This document shows, one piece after another, positions 18,481-28,855 of a stretch of 64,000 bases of DNA. The stretch is from Candidatus Latescibacterota bacterium. Lineage in GTDB: Bacteria; Latescibacterota; UBA2968; UBA8231. The stretch spans positions 992,001 to 1,056,000 of the forward strand of contig OZ241362.1 in the NCBI GenBank assembly GCA_965200315.1, written 5' to 3'. A program made the translations under genes and the position numbers. Below the pieces are notes generated by a model. It saw nothing but the letters and a program-made list of their open reading frames with translations. It searched no databases and was not told the DNA's origin. The first letter of the stretch is position 1. Each line of letters starts with the position of its first letter.

Positions 18481-21119
18481 GGCTCTTCCCTTCGGCTGAG
18501 CTCAGGCCGCAGCCCTTCTTCTTGCGGCAGACCAAACGGCACGGCCAACTCGACCCAAGACTTGATCTCCTTGCCGTTGCGGCGCACTGCGGGATAGAAT
18601 CTATAGCTATACGCCGCAGCTACCGCACTCTCGACAAAGGGGGGCTCCCCGCGAAAAACCTCCACTTGCTCGGGCCGCCCCTCGCGGTCGATTAACACGT
18701 CGAGTAACACCTCGGCCGAATCCTCGGCCGCCGGATAAACTGGCCGCACCACCTGCCGCACCAGCGGCCAATCGCTCAGCGACAGGTCGCCCTCCTTCCA
18801 CCCCAACTCGTCGGGGGGGACCGACAAGCCGAGCTCGATCATCGCTTCTATGTCTAAGTCCTCGCGGTCTTGGCCCGCCTGAAAATCCGGGTGCTTCTCC
18901 AGCAAAAAGCGAATTTGCGGACTGTTCCTGTCGCGCCGTGCGACCTCCCGCAGGTAGTAGTTGGCCGAGTCCTCTAGGCTCTGCTCGGTAAAGGCGCGCC
19001 AGAGCCGGTAGTAGAGATTGAGATTTCGCTTGTCAAAGGACAGGGCCTGGCGGTAGAACTCGATAGCATCGTTGAAATAGCCCTCCTCCCAGTTGATGTT
19101 GCCGAGTTGATACAGGGCGCGCGGGTTGGCGACCTGCTCGTTGATGCTCCGCTCGTAAAAATCGCGGGCCAGCGCAACGTCCCCGCGCCGCTGGGCGCGA
19201 TCGGCAAAGCCGATGTATTTGCGCGCCAAAGACACGGAGTCGAGCGTGTCCGGCTCCAAGGCGAGCAGTTCGATATGCTCCCCCGGGCCGAGCTGGCCGC
19301 CGACCGCCTTCAAGCTGCGCTCCAGCTTGTCGATGAGCTTTTCCTCGCGCACTTCCCACCGCTGCTGGGCCAGCTTGCCAAACCGCGTCTCGGCAAACTC
19401 TTCGCGCAATAATTGATAGCGCTGTTCGGCTGCGACCGTATCTCCAACGACATTTTCGTAGGTATTGGCCGCCAAAAACGCCGCCTGACCTCCACTCGGC
19501 GTACCCGCAAAGGCATGGCTCAAGCTGTCCAACAAGGGGATGTACGCCTCGGTAGCTTCCGGCTGTGCTAGGCGCAGTGTTTCGATTCGCGCAAACTCGT
19601 GCGCCGCTAGCTCTTCGGCCGTAGCCTCGAGCTTTTGCCCCAGCAAGCGGCGGGCTTCGTTGGCATGCGCCGAGGTGGGAAACTCCTCAATCAGCCGCAG
19701 TAAATGGGGCCTAGCGCCCTCTTGGTCTCCGCGCATCTGCAGCTCGATCCAAGCGAGGCTGTACACGGCGCGGGGCAATTGGTCAATGTCTGGGAAGCGG
19801 CGGATTACTTCCTCGTAGTACGCACGGGCCGAATCGGCCTGACCGATGTCGTCGCGATAGAGCTCGCACGCGCTGAACAGGTCGTCTAGCACATCCAAAC
19901 TCCGCGCTACTACCACCGTGTCGGCCTGAGCCTCTGCTGCCTGCCACAACAGCGGCCCCTGCACCGCGCCCAGCGAGTCGGCGTAGAGCGAATCGGCACG
20001 GTGAATCTGGCGCTGAATCTGCTGTAGCCGACGCATGTGCCCCAGCATCTCCTGCGCCAAAAGCACGCCCTGCGCCCCCGGGCTCTCGCGGCTGCTCTCC
20101 TCGAGGTAATCGCGCGCCAGCTCGGTGTCCCCGTATTCCTGCAAGTGCAGCAAGCCGATGCGGTACAAGGCCATGGACGCCGAAGGCGTCTGGGGAAAAT
20201 CGTTGCGCACCCGCTCGTACTCGGCCAGCCCCTCGTCGAGCAGGCGGCGGCCCTGATACCACTCGCCGATTAGGAGCCGGGTGCGGCCCTCAAAGCGACG
20301 AAAGCCGCCTTCGTCAAGTAGGCTGACGTATGTATCTAAAGCCTCGTCTTCCGCCCCCATAGCGTAGAGGGCGCGGCCGCTGTTGAGCCGAGCGCGATAC
20401 TTTTGATCCTCACTTGGATCGGCCTTTAGCACTTCGTCGAAAGCCGCTAGCGCCTCATCCAAGCGGGCCGGCTCCTCTAAGGCCATCAGCGCCTCGCCCA
20501 AGCGCAACCACAACTGGGCCCGCACCGCGCTCTTGGGAAAGGCTTCTAGCGCCGCTCGATATGCCCGCATGGCCGCGACGTAGTCCTCTCGGTCGTGCGC
20601 CATCTCGGCCAAGTGCAGGCCCGCTTGGACGGCGATCTTTTCCTCGGCCTCGTCAAACAGCGCTCGGTAGAGCGACTGCGCTTGGTCGTCAATCCGCTGC
20701 TCCTCTAGGCAGCGGGCGCGCCAGTAACGAGCTTGATCGAAGTACGGACTAGACGGGAAAAAGGTCTCCAAGTCGCGGAACGACTCTTGAGCATTGAGGT
20801 ACTCACTGCGCCAGTAATAGGCCCGGCCGATCAGGAACATGGCGTCGTCGACCAAGTCGCTCTCCTTGTATTCGTCGAGCACTTTGGACGCTTTGCGCAC
20901 CGCTTTGTCGTAGAGTTGGTCGGCCTGCGGCGAGCGCCGCCGCTGCAATTCGGGACCAGCCTGGTCAAAGGCCCAGTCGGCGTAGGTCTCTTCGTGTTTG
21001 CGCCGCTCTTTCTCGGCCTCGCGAAAGGATTTTTTGGCGTTGTAAAACGTATTGAAATAGACGCAGGCCGAAACCGCCAGACAACAAGCCAGCAACAGCA
21101 CCAAGGGCGCGGTCCGCAC
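18477..21119 (-). CDS. TPR-rich lipoprotein with a C-terminal TonB_C-like domain
   Basis: AGGAG-7nt-GTG start; lipobox LAVSA|C followed by VYFNTFYNAKK; many TPR-like repeats; C-terminal PVYP..LIDREGRP..AVAAAYSYRFYPA..GKEIKSWVELAVPF. Confidence 0.8.
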   Translation of the reverse strand: MRTAPLVLLLACCLAVSACVYFNTFYNAKKSFREAEKERRKHEETYADWAFDQAGPELQRRRSPQADQLYDKAVRKASKVLDEYKESDLVDDAMFLIGRAYYWRSEYLNAQESFRDLETFFPSSPYFDQARYWRARCLEEQRIDDQAQSLYRALFDEAEEKIAVQAGLHLAEMAHDREDYVAAMRAYRAALEAFPKSAVRAQLWLRLGEALMALEEPARLDEALAAFDEVLKADPSEDQKYRARLNSGRALYAMGAEDEALDTYVSLLDEGGFRRFEGRTRLLIGEWYQGRRLLDEGLAEYERVRNDFPQTPSASMALYRIGLLHLQEYGDTELARDYLEESSRESPGAQGVLLAQEMLGHMRRLQQIQRQIHRADSLYADSLGAVQGPLLWQAAEAQADTVVVARSLDVLDDLFSACELYRDDIGQADSARAYYEEVIRRFPDIDQLPRAVYSLAWIELQMRGDQEGARPHLLRLIEEFPTSAHANEARRLLGQKLEATAEELAAHEFARIETLRLAQPEATEAYIPLLDSLSHAFAGTPSGGQAAFLAANTYENVVGDTVAAEQRYQLLREEFAETRFGKLAQQRWEVREEKLIDKLERSLKAVGGQLGPGEHIELLALEPDTLDSVSLARKYIGFADRAQRRGDVALARDFYERSINEQVANPRALYQLGNINWEEGYFNDAIEFYRQALSFDKRNLNLYYRLWRAFTEQSLEDSANYYLREVARRDRNSPQIRFLLEKHPDFQAGQDREDLDIEAMIELGLSVPPDELGWKEGDLSLSDWPLVRQVVRPVYPAAEDSAEVLLDVLIDREGRPEQVEVFRGEPPFVESAVAAAYSYRFYPAVRRNGKEIKSWVELAVPFGLPQEEGLRPELSRREEP

Positions 21120-21129
21120 GAGCTGTCTC

Positions 21130-24100
21130 CTAGCTCCGATGGTAATCCTGCAGGGATTGCACACCCAGTTCGGCGCGTTGTAGCGCTTCGATGCCCGCAG
21201 CCGCGGCCCGAGCCCCAGCCATCGTCGTGGTGTAGGGTACGCCGGTTACGACCGCGGCTCGACGCACTGCAAAGTCGTCGTAGTACGAAGGTTCGTCGAG
21301 AGGGGTGTTGATAATCAGATCGATCTGGCGGCTGCGAATCGCGTCTTCGATGTGCGGGCTACCCTCGTGAATTTTGTGTACCCGCTCCGCAGCGATGCCG
21401 TGCTTGCCGAGGAAGTCTCGCGTGCCCTGAGTGGCCACCAGCTCGAATCCGGCCGCACGTAGCCGACGGGCCACCGGCAAGACATCTTCTTTATCGCAGT
21501 CGGCCACGCTGATAAAGACCCGACCGCACGACGGCAGCAGCGAACCCGCCCCCATCTGCGCCTTGAGAAAGGCCGTGCCAAAGTCGCGGCCAATACCCAT
21601 GACTTCGCCCGTGGACTTCATCTCCGGCCCCAGCAGACTATCGGCCCCGGGAAATTTTATAAAGGGCAGCACGGCTTCCTTGACGGATATGTGCGCGGGC
21701 ACGATCTCCTCGGTAAAGCCCTGCTCGCGCAAGCTTATCCCCACCATGGCCAGCGCGGCGATCTTGGCGAGGGGGCGGCCAATGGCCTTGCTGACAAAAG
21801 GCACGGTGCGCGAAGCCCGGGGATTTACCTCAATCGCATAGACCTCGTCTTGATAGACGGCGTATTGGACGTTCATCAGGCCAACCACCCCGAGGGCACG
21901 CGCTAGCGCGTGGGTGTGTGCGCGCATGGTTTCGATGTGCTCAGCCGGCGTGTCGTAGGGCGGCAAGGCGCAGGCACTGTCGCCCGAATGCACGCCAGCG
22001 TGCTCGATGTGCTGCATGATCCCGCCTACTACTACGTCCGCCCCATCGGCCACGGCATCTACGTCGAATTCCTCCGCGCCTTGCAGGTAGCGGTCAATGA
22101 GCACAGGCCGCTCGGGCGCGACCTCAATGGCCTCGTTCATGTAGGTTTCAAGGCTCCCGACATCGTAGGCGATGACCATGGCCCGCCCACCCAGCACGTA
22201 CGAAGGCCGCACCAAGACCGGAAAGCCGATCTGCGCGGCAATAGCACACGCCTCTTCACAACTAGCAGCCATGCCGTTTGCCGGCTGGCGGATGCCCAGT
22301 TCGCGCAACAACTGGCCGAAGCGCTCGCGATCTTCGGCCAAGTCAATGCTACTGGGCGAGGTACCGATGATGGGCACGCCCTCGCGCGCTAGTTCGGCCG
22401 CCAAGTTCAGCGGAGTCTGCCCTCCGAACTGCACGATGACGCCGTCTGGAGCTTCGCGCTCGACGATGTGCAGCACGTCTTCGATCGTCAGCGGTTCAAA
22501 GTAGAGCTTGTCGGCCGTGTCGTAATCCGTGCTGACCGTCTCGGGATTGGAGTTGACCATGATGGTCTCATAGCCGATTTCGCGCAGAGCGAAACACGCG
22601 TGGACACAGCAGTAATCGAACTCGATCCCTTGGCCGATGCGGTTCGGCCCCCCGCCGAGGATGGCGATCTTCTTGCGCGTCGAGCGCTGCACTTCGTCCT
22701 CGCGGTCGTACGTCGAGTAGTGGTACGGCGTGTGGGCTTTGAACTCAGCGGCGCAGGTGTCGACTGTTTTGTACACCGGGCGAATGTCCAACTCGCGGCG
22801 ACGCCGACGGACACCCGCCTCGTCGCAGCCGTTGAGATGCGCTAGCTGGTGATCGCTAAATCCCCACTCCTTGGCGCGGCGCAACAAGGCGACATCGGCG
22901 AGCACGTCTTGGCTCATTAGCTGCTGTTCGAGTTCAAAAAGCTGGTAGAGCTGGTCGAGGAACCACGGATCAATGCCCGTGAGGCCATAGAGTTCGTCGT
23001 GGGCGTAGCCTTTGGCGATGGCCAGCTTGAGGTAGAACATGCGCTGGGAGTTGGGATGCAGCAATTTCTCGCGCAGTTCCTCGTCGGCCACCTCGGCCGC
23101 GCTGAGATCCTTGCCGTCGGCACCAAAACCTGCGCGACCAACTTCTAGCGAGCGCAAGCCCTTTTGCAAGGACTCCTTAAAGGTGCGGCCAATAGCCATG
23201 GTCTCGCCCACCGAGCGCATCTGGGTATCGAGTGCATCCGGCGTACTGGGAAATTTCTCAAAGGTAAAGCGCGGAATTTTGGTCACTACGTAGTCAATGG
23301 TCGGCTCAAAGGACGCCGGAGTTTCGCGGGTGATGTCGTTGCGGATTTCGTCCAGACTGTAGCCCACGGCCAGTTTGGCGGCGATCTTGGCGATGGGGAA
23401 GCCCGTTGCTTTAGACGCCAGTGCCGAAGAGCGCGAGACCCGGGGGTTCATCTCGATGACGACCATGCGACCGTCGGTGGGATTGACCGCGAACTGGATA
23501 TTAGACCCGCCGGTATCTACGCCGATCTCGCGCATGATGCGGATAGCCGCGTCGCGCATGTGCTGATATTCCTTGTCGGACAAGGTCTGCGCCGGCGCGA
23601 CCGTGATGCTGTCGCCGGTGTGGACCCCCATGGGATCGAAGTTTTCAATCGCGCAGATGATGACCACGTTGTCGCGGTGATCGCGCATGACCTCCAGCTC
23701 GAATTCCTTCCACCCGAGCACCGATTCCTCGATCAGCACCTCGTCGATCGGGCTCAAGTCGAGACCGTGGCGCACGATCCGCTCGAATTCCTCGGCGTTG
23801 TACGCCACGCCGCCGCCAGAGCCTCCCAGCGTAAAAGCGGGGCGGATAATCGTCGGGTAGCCCAAGTCGGCTTGGTGCTTTTGCGCTTGTTCAAAGCTGT
23901 GAACAAAAGCTCCGCGCGGCATGGCCAATCCGGCCCGGTCCATGGCCTCTTTGAAGAGTGCGCGGTCTTCGGCCATCTTGATCGCGTCGAGTGGTGCGCC
24001 AATCAGCTCGACGTCGTGCTCGGCGAGAGCTCCGCTTTCGGCCAAGGCCACTGCCGTGTTGAGCGCGGTTTGGCCCCCCAGCGTTGGCAGGAGAGCCTGC

Positions 24101-24348
24101 GGCTTTTCGGCTGCGATGATCCACGCGCAAATATCCGGCGTGATCGGTTCGATGTACGTGCGGTCGGCCACCTCGGGATCGGTCATAATCGTGGCCGGAT
24201 TACTGTTGACTAAGACGATGTCGTAGCCTTCTTCGGCCAGTGCCTTACAGGCTTGTGTGCCCGAATAGTCAAACTCGCAGGCTTGGCCAATGACGATGGG
24301 GCCGGAGCCGATGAGCATTATTTTATGAATGTCTGTGCGTTTGGGCAT
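21130..24348 (-). CDS. carB: Carbamoyl-phosphate synthase large subunit
   Basis: [27 protein letters not shown], two ATP-grasp halves, MGS domain. Confidence 0.99.
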   Translation of the reverse strand: MPKRTDIHKIMLIGSGPIVIGQACEFDYSGTQACKALAEEGYDIVLVNSNPATIMTDPEVADRTYIEPITPDICAWIIAAEKPQALLPTLGGQTALNTAVALAESGALAEHDVELIGAPLDAIKMAEDRALFKEAMDRAGLAMPRGAFVHSFEQAQKHQADLGYPTIIRPAFTLGGSGGGVAYNAEEFERIVRHGLDLSPIDEVLIEESVLGWKEFELEVMRDHRDNVVIICAIENFDPMGVHTGDSITVAPAQTLSDKEYQHMRDAAIRIMREIGVDTGGSNIQFAVNPTDGRMVVIEMNPRVSRSSALASKATGFPIAKIAAKLAVGYSLDEIRNDITRETPASFEPTIDYVVTKIPRFTFEKFPSTPDALDTQMRSVGETMAIGRTFKESLQKGLRSLEVGRAGFGADGKDLSAAEVADEELREKLLHPNSQRMFYLKLAIAKGYAHDELYGLTGIDPWFLDQLYQLFELEQQLMSQDVLADVALLRRAKEWGFSDHQLAHLNGCDEAGVRRRRRELDIRPVYKTVDTCAAEFKAHTPYHYSTYDREDEVQRSTRKKIAILGGGPNRIGQGIEFDYCCVHACFALREIGYETIMVNSNPETVSTDYDTADKLYFEPLTIEDVLHIVEREAPDGVIVQFGGQTPLNLAAELAREGVPIIGTSPSSIDLAEDRERFGQLLRELGIRQPANGMAASCEEACAIAAQIGFPVLVRPSYVLGGRAMVIAYDVGSLETYMNEAIEVAPERPVLIDRYLQGAEEFDVDAVADGADVVVGGIMQHIEHAGVHSGDSACALPPYDTPAEHIETMRAHTHALARALGVVGLMNVQYAVYQDEVYAIEVNPRASRTVPFVSKAIGRPLAKIAALAMVGISLREQGFTEEIVPAHISVKEAVLPFIKFPGADSLLGPEMKSTGEVMGIGRDFGTAFLKAQMGAGSLLPSCGRVFISVADCDKEDVLPVARRLRAAGFELVATQGTRDFLGKHGIAAERVHKIHEGSPHIEDAIRSRQIDLIINTPLDEPSYYDDFAVRRAAVVTGVPYTTTMAGARAAAAGIEALQRAELGVQSLQDYHRS

Positions 24349-24622
24349 GGAATTCTATGCGAGGATAGGTCAAATCATGGGAAGCTGGTGAGGAGATGTC
24401 GCGTGGGTCTGCGAGTGATTCGAGTATTTCAGTATCGCCCAAGCGTGTTTACACTCGTGGGCTTCGTAGTACTGGCGGATGAAATCTGGCAGTAAATCCG
24501 TAGTCATTGAGAATTTGAGCAACCTCGATAAAGGCAAATTTTGGCTACAGATTTACACTGATCTGCGCGCTGGTGCCGTGTCTGCACAGTCCAAATTCAA
24601 TCTCTTCTTGACATAATATCGC

Positions 24623-24654
24623 AAAAGGCCGACTAAAACCCGTCTCTGTCGGCC
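24623..24654 (-). terminator. Putative terminator after the 164-aa ORF
   Basis: GGCCGAC...GTCGGCC stem followed by TTTT on the minus strand. Confidence 0.5.
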
Positions 24655-24666
24655 AGATGCAAGCGG

Positions 24667-25161
24667 TTAAAACTTTGAATATATGAGGAGCAATGTGAGC
24701 GCAATTACAGTGATGAAGCCAGCCTTGAGCAAGAGCTGACCATAGCCCTCCCAATCGTGGCCCTGACGGACCTTGATCTTGGGGCGCACCACTTCTTCTT
24801 GGAGATCTACCTGAAAGCGCTGCTCGTTGATGAGGTGGACTAGATGGGGGTCGTAGTCGGCAATGGCCTTTAGGACCATGCGCTTGCGGCGCGCCGCTTT
24901 TTCAGCGCAGGCTCGCTGGGCGTCCTTGGCCGCGATCTTACCCAGATCAGTGGACTGGTCGGCGCGGCGAGTACTGGTCTTCTCTCGCGCCAAATTCTCG
25001 GCCAAGCGGCTGAGTGCTTCGCGGCTTTTCACATTGTCGTGAATAATGGTATAGCAGGTGTCTATAAAGCGGCTAAAATCGGCGAGAATTTCCTCTTCCG
25101 AAAGCCCCAGCAAGTAGGACTCTTCGATCATTTCTTCAATGGCATCTTTGACGTCAGCCAT
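24667..25161 (-). CDS. Hypothetical protein with C-terminal membrane anchor
   Basis: 164-aa ORF filling the intergenic gap; helical, with a C-terminal hydrophobic segment GFITVIALTLLLIY; no recognised family. Confidence 0.65.
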   Translation of the reverse strand: MADVKDAIEEMIEESYLLGLSEEEILADFSRFIDTCYTIIHDNVKSREALSRLAENLAREKTSTRRADQSTDLGKIAAKDAQRACAEKAARRKRMVLKAIADYDPHLVHLINEQRFQVDLQEEVVRPKIKVRQGHDWEGYGQLLLKAGFITVIALTLLLIYSKF

Positions 25162-25269
25162 AACGCAAGCCCTGTAAATCCTGTTGGTTAAATGAAAAGC
25201 GCAAGAAACGCACCCACCGGCACTCCGCTTCTACTTCCATTTCCAGATTACACCATCGCTACAAACATG

Positions 25270-26832
25270 TCAAGCGGACCGCGCTGCATCCACCATAGCC
25301 AAGGCGATTTCATCGGCTATGTCGCCCGCTCGCATCCCCCATTCCCCCAGCCGCTCAACCGCCCGATCCCCAGCCCGACCGTGGACATAGACCCCGAGGC
25401 AAGCCGCGGCTTCCGCCTCTAGCCCTTGGGCCATCAGCCCGGCGATGAGCCCGGTCAGCACGTCGCCCGACCCGGCTGTGGCCATACCCGCATTGCCCGT
25501 TGAGTTGACCACCACGCGCCCATCGCGCAACGCCACGACGGTCGGCGCGCCCTTCAACACGAGCGTCGCGCCAAATTCGCCGGCAAAGTCGCGGGCCACA
25601 GCCATGGGCGCATCGGCAATCTGCCGCTTGTCCAACCCGCTCAAGCGGGCGAACTCGCCCACGTGGGGCGTCAGGACCAGCGGTGCCGAGCGGTTCTTTA
25701 GCCCATCGGCTTGCCCGGCGAACGCACTAAGTCCATCCGCATCCAAAACGAGGGGCAGCTCGGTTTGCAGCACCAGCCGCCTCACCAGCTCCTCGGTCTC
25801 TCGATAGCGACCCAGTCCCGGCCCCAAAGCCAAGACATCGGCCCGCGTCAACATAGCGCGCACCGCACCCAAGGCCCGCAGTGATAAACAGCGCCGCTTG
25901 CGCACTTCGGGCAGCGGCCGGGTCATTACCTCGGAGAGCTTGACTTCGAGAATGTCGTTGAGACTGGCGGGCACTCCTAGATGGACGCGGCCGGCTCCGC
26001 TCCTGAGCGCGGCATCCGCCGTCAGCGCGGCCGCCCCAGTCATACCCACCGACCCCGCGACCACGGCCACCATCCCACAGCTTCCCTTGTGCTCGTCGCC
26101 GCGACGCCGTGGCACGAGCGGCCCCAGCCTTTCGGCGGAAAGCAATAGGGCTTGGGCAGTCGCGTCGCGCAGAATGGGCTCGGGGAAGCCGATATTGGCC
26201 AAGTGCAGCGCACCGCAATGCGACCGGCCGGGGTAGAACAACTGCCCGACTTTGACCAAGCCGAAGGTCACCGTTAGCACGGCTTGCACGGCCGCGCCGT
26301 GAACCTGCCCGGTGTCGGCTTCGACCCCCGAGGGGATATCCACGGCCACTACCGGCCTTTCGCAATGGGCCATGCGCTCAATGACGTGCGCCATAGCCGG
26401 ACGAGGTGCTCCGCGCAATCCGGTGCCCAAAAGTGCGTCAATCACCAAGTCGGCATCGCCGAGAGCAACATCGAGTGGGGCTAGGTCCTCGCCGAGCACT
26501 TCGACGGCTCCGCCCTCCTGTTCGCAACGCCGCAAGTGCTCGGCCGCAGCCCCTTGCACGGCCGCTCGATCTGCCGCGAGGAAGACGCGCACCGAGCCAC
26601 CCCCAGCGCGCAAGAGCCGAGCTACGGCAAATCCGTCGCCGCCATTGTTGCCCTTGCCGCACAGGACCACGGCCTGTAAACCGGCCAAGCCGTCCCAGCG
26701 CGCTGCAATGGCCGCAACTACCTCTGTCCCCGCCCGCTCTATAAGTTCGGCGCTAGAAATACCCGCTTCTGTGATCGTGCGCCGATCAATCGCAGCCATT
26801 TCTCGGCCCGTTACCAGCTTGGGCAAGTCCAT
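25270..26832 (-). CDS. nnr: Bifunctional NAD(P)H-hydrate epimerase/dehydratase (YjeF)
   Basis: CGKGNNGGDG, DALLGTG, VDIPSG, LTPHVGE, ATAGSGDVLTG. Confidence 0.95.
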   Translation of the reverse strand: MDLPKLVTGREMAAIDRRTITEAGISSAELIERAGTEVVAAIAARWDGLAGLQAVVLCGKGNNGGDGFAVARLLRAGGGSVRVFLAADRAAVQGAAAEHLRRCEQEGGAVEVLGEDLAPLDVALGDADLVIDALLGTGLRGAPRPAMAHVIERMAHCERPVVAVDIPSGVEADTGQVHGAAVQAVLTVTFGLVKVGQLFYPGRSHCGALHLANIGFPEPILRDATAQALLLSAERLGPLVPRRRGDEHKGSCGMVAVVAGSVGMTGAAALTADAALRSGAGRVHLGVPASLNDILEVKLSEVMTRPLPEVRKRRCLSLRALGAVRAMLTRADVLALGPGLGRYRETEELVRRLVLQTELPLVLDADGLSAFAGQADGLKNRSAPLVLTPHVGEFARLSGLDKRQIADAPMAVARDFAGEFGATLVLKGAPTVVALRDGRVVVNSTGNAGMATAGSGDVLTGLIAGLMAQGLEAEAAACLGVYVHGRAGDRAVERLGEWGMRAGDIADEIALAMVDAARSA

Positions 26833-26834
26833 GC

Positions 26835-27575
26835 TCAAGCCTCCCAAGGACGAATCAGTTCGCGCAGCCGACGCGGAGCCTCGCTGGGCAGAGGCTGGCC
26901 CGTGTACTTAGGCAAGAGTGCGCGAAAGCCGACGCTGATCCACAAGACCCAAGCCGCCAAGCCACCGCAGAACAACCCCAATCCAGAAGCGACGCCAAGA
27001 CCAAGGGCCAAGCCTGCGGTCACTAGAAAAACCAGCGAGAGCTTTACATTATCAACCGACAGGAGAAAGCTGTAGCGCACCGTGGACCACACCGATCCCT
27101 CTTGGGTGACCAGCACCGGAAAAACATACACCGCGACCATGCCCACCAGCAGTAGAAACCAGACCATCAGCCCACCCAAAAACACCCCCAACCAGCCTCC
27201 GAGCCGCTGGTAAAAAACCACGTTGGCCAGCACCAGCGCGACAGCAGCAACCAGCAGCAACCCTAGCGCGAGGGCGCGCCAAAAAAGCGTCCGGCCAGCC
27301 ACCCAGAAGTCCCGTAGGCTAAAATCCCGGCCCCGCGCCCAAGCCGCCCCGGCGGCAAAGAGTACCGCCGTAGCCGGTGTGCCCAACAGCAGAGCACCGG
27401 CTAAGACAGCAGCCCCCACCAAGCCCAAGCCGCCCAGCCCAAACCCCAGTTGCAACAGCGCGTAGGCCCCGCCGATCCAAGGCAGGCTCAATGCGCTCCA
27501 CAGCAAGTTGTAGCCAATCAGCCCGCCCAAACGGTCGTACGCGGTCCACAAAAAGCCTTGCAGATTTGCGCTCAA
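26835..27575 (-). CDS. Integral membrane protein (DUF624/YesL-like)
   Basis: About 6 hydrophobic helices; NLLW..PATAVLF pattern; coupled to both neighbouring genes. Confidence 0.7.
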   Translation of the reverse strand: MSANLQGFLWTAYDRLGGLIGYNLLWSALSLPWIGGAYALLQLGFGLGGLGLVGAAVLAGALLLGTPATAVLFAAGAAWARGRDFSLRDFWVAGRTLFWRALALGLLLVAAVALVLANVVFYQRLGGWLGVFLGGLMVWFLLLVGMVAVYVFPVLVTQEGSVWSTVRYSFLLSVDNVKLSLVFLVTAGLALGLGVASGLGLFCGGLAAWVLWISVGFRALLPKYTGQPLPSEAPRRLRELIRPWEA

Positions 27576-28855
27576 TGGGCCTCCAAGCCGAGCAGCATAA
27601 ACTCGGCGTACGTACGCGCCGTCAACGCCAAGTCGCGCACCCGGACGCGCTCATCCACTCCGTGAGCGCGCTCGCCCTTTACGCCATAGCCAATGCCGGG
27701 CAAGCTGCCGTCAACCGCAAAGTAGTGCAAATCCGTAAAGCCAGAGCTGAGCCGGTAGCTAGCGGTGCGGCGGCGCACGGCTTGCACGGCCTGTGCAAAG
27801 GCCTGAGGCAGCGCGTGCTCGGCATCGACGACGCAAGGTTCAATCCGCAACGGTGCTGCCACTCGGCAGGGCGGCTCGGCGGCTCGCTCCACAGCGCGTT
27901 TCAACTCGCGCTCGACTATTGAGAGTTGCTCGCCGGGCACTAAGCGGCGGTCCAGCGAAAAGCGAGCATAGGCGGGCACGGTGTTGATCTTGTCGCCCTC
28001 TCCGCCCGAGAACGTGCCACCGATATTGAGCGTGGGGTTGCGCGACCGACCGTCGAAATCCACGTAGCAGCGCTGGGACGCATTCAGTTTCCGTTTGTAG
28101 GCCTGTAACTTCTGAGCTATGCTGGTCATGGCTTCAAAGGCATTGACCCCCTGTTCTGGGCTAGAAGCGTGGGCGGCCTTGCCCGTCAGCTCTACCTCTA
28201 ACCAGAGTACGCCGTTGTGGCCACAGCCGACCTGCGTCCCGGCCGCTCCCTCGCAGACGACTGCGAAATCGGCGTTTACCAGCCCCTTGTTTACAATCCA
28301 TCCCGCGCCCAATTGGCCGCCGGTCTCCTCGTCGGCCGTGAACGAACATTCGATGTTAAAAGCCGGCTCCGCACCCGTTTTCTCGAGCGCCTCCACGGCC
28401 ATTAGCAACGCGGCGATTGCCCCTTTCATGTCGCCGGAGCCGCGGCCGTAGAGTGCATCGCCGGCCAGCCCCGGCTCGAATGGGTCGCCGAATTTCCACT
28501 GCCCGGCACAGGGCACCACGTCGTAGTGGGCGTTGAAATGCACCGTCTGCGGCCGGCCAGCGTCCCACCGGGCAATCAAGTTGTAGCGCGGGAACTCGTC
28601 CGAGCCGAGTACGCGGCGCACCTCTTGGTCTGGAACGCGGTGGACTTTGGCCTGCAAGCCCAAGCCCTCGCAGCGCTCTAAGAGCGCGTTGGTCATCGCT
28701 CGGTAGTTCCGCCCCGGCGGATTGGTAGTATCCACGCGCACGAGCGTCTGCAAGCTGCCGAGCAACTGGTCTGGGTGCTTTTCGATGTATTGATGAACGC
28801 TAGCTTTCACCCGGGATTTGCTCAGAACGTGGTCTCCTTGGTCGTTATGGGGCAC
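27572..28855 (-). CDS. M20 metallopeptidase, ArgE/DapE family (true start may be ~10-15 codons downstream)
   Basis: HFNAHYDVVP, LYGRGSGDMKG, ADEETGG, AHGVDE. Confidence 0.92.
   Translation of the reverse strand: MPHNDQGDHVLSKSRVKASVHQYIEKHPDQLLGSLQTLVRVDTTNPPGRNYRAMTNALLERCEGLGLQAKVHRVPDQEVRRVLGSDEFPRYNLIARWDAGRPQTVHFNAHYDVVPCAGQWKFGDPFEPGLAGDALYGRGSGDMKGAIAALLMAVEALEKTGAEPAFNIECSFTADEETGGQLGAGWIVNKGLVNADFAVVCEGAAGTQVGCGHNGVLWLEVELTGKAAHASSPEQGVNAFEAMTSIAQKLQAYKRKLNASQRCYVDFDGRSRNPTLNIGGTFSGGEGDKINTVPAYARFSLDRRLVPGEQLSIVERELKRAVERAAEPPCRVAAPLRIEPCVVDAEHALPQAFAQAVQAVRRRTASYRLSSGFTDLHYFAVDGSLPGIGYGVKGERAHGVDERVRVRDLALTARTYAEFMLLGLEAH

Noticed and set aside
23164-24213. 349-aa + strand ORF inside carB, and similar ORFs opposite uvrB (56370-57296) and the 889-aa gene (39533-40525)
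   Set aside because: Fully antisense to confidently identified genes; typical high-GC shadow ORFs with no motifs.
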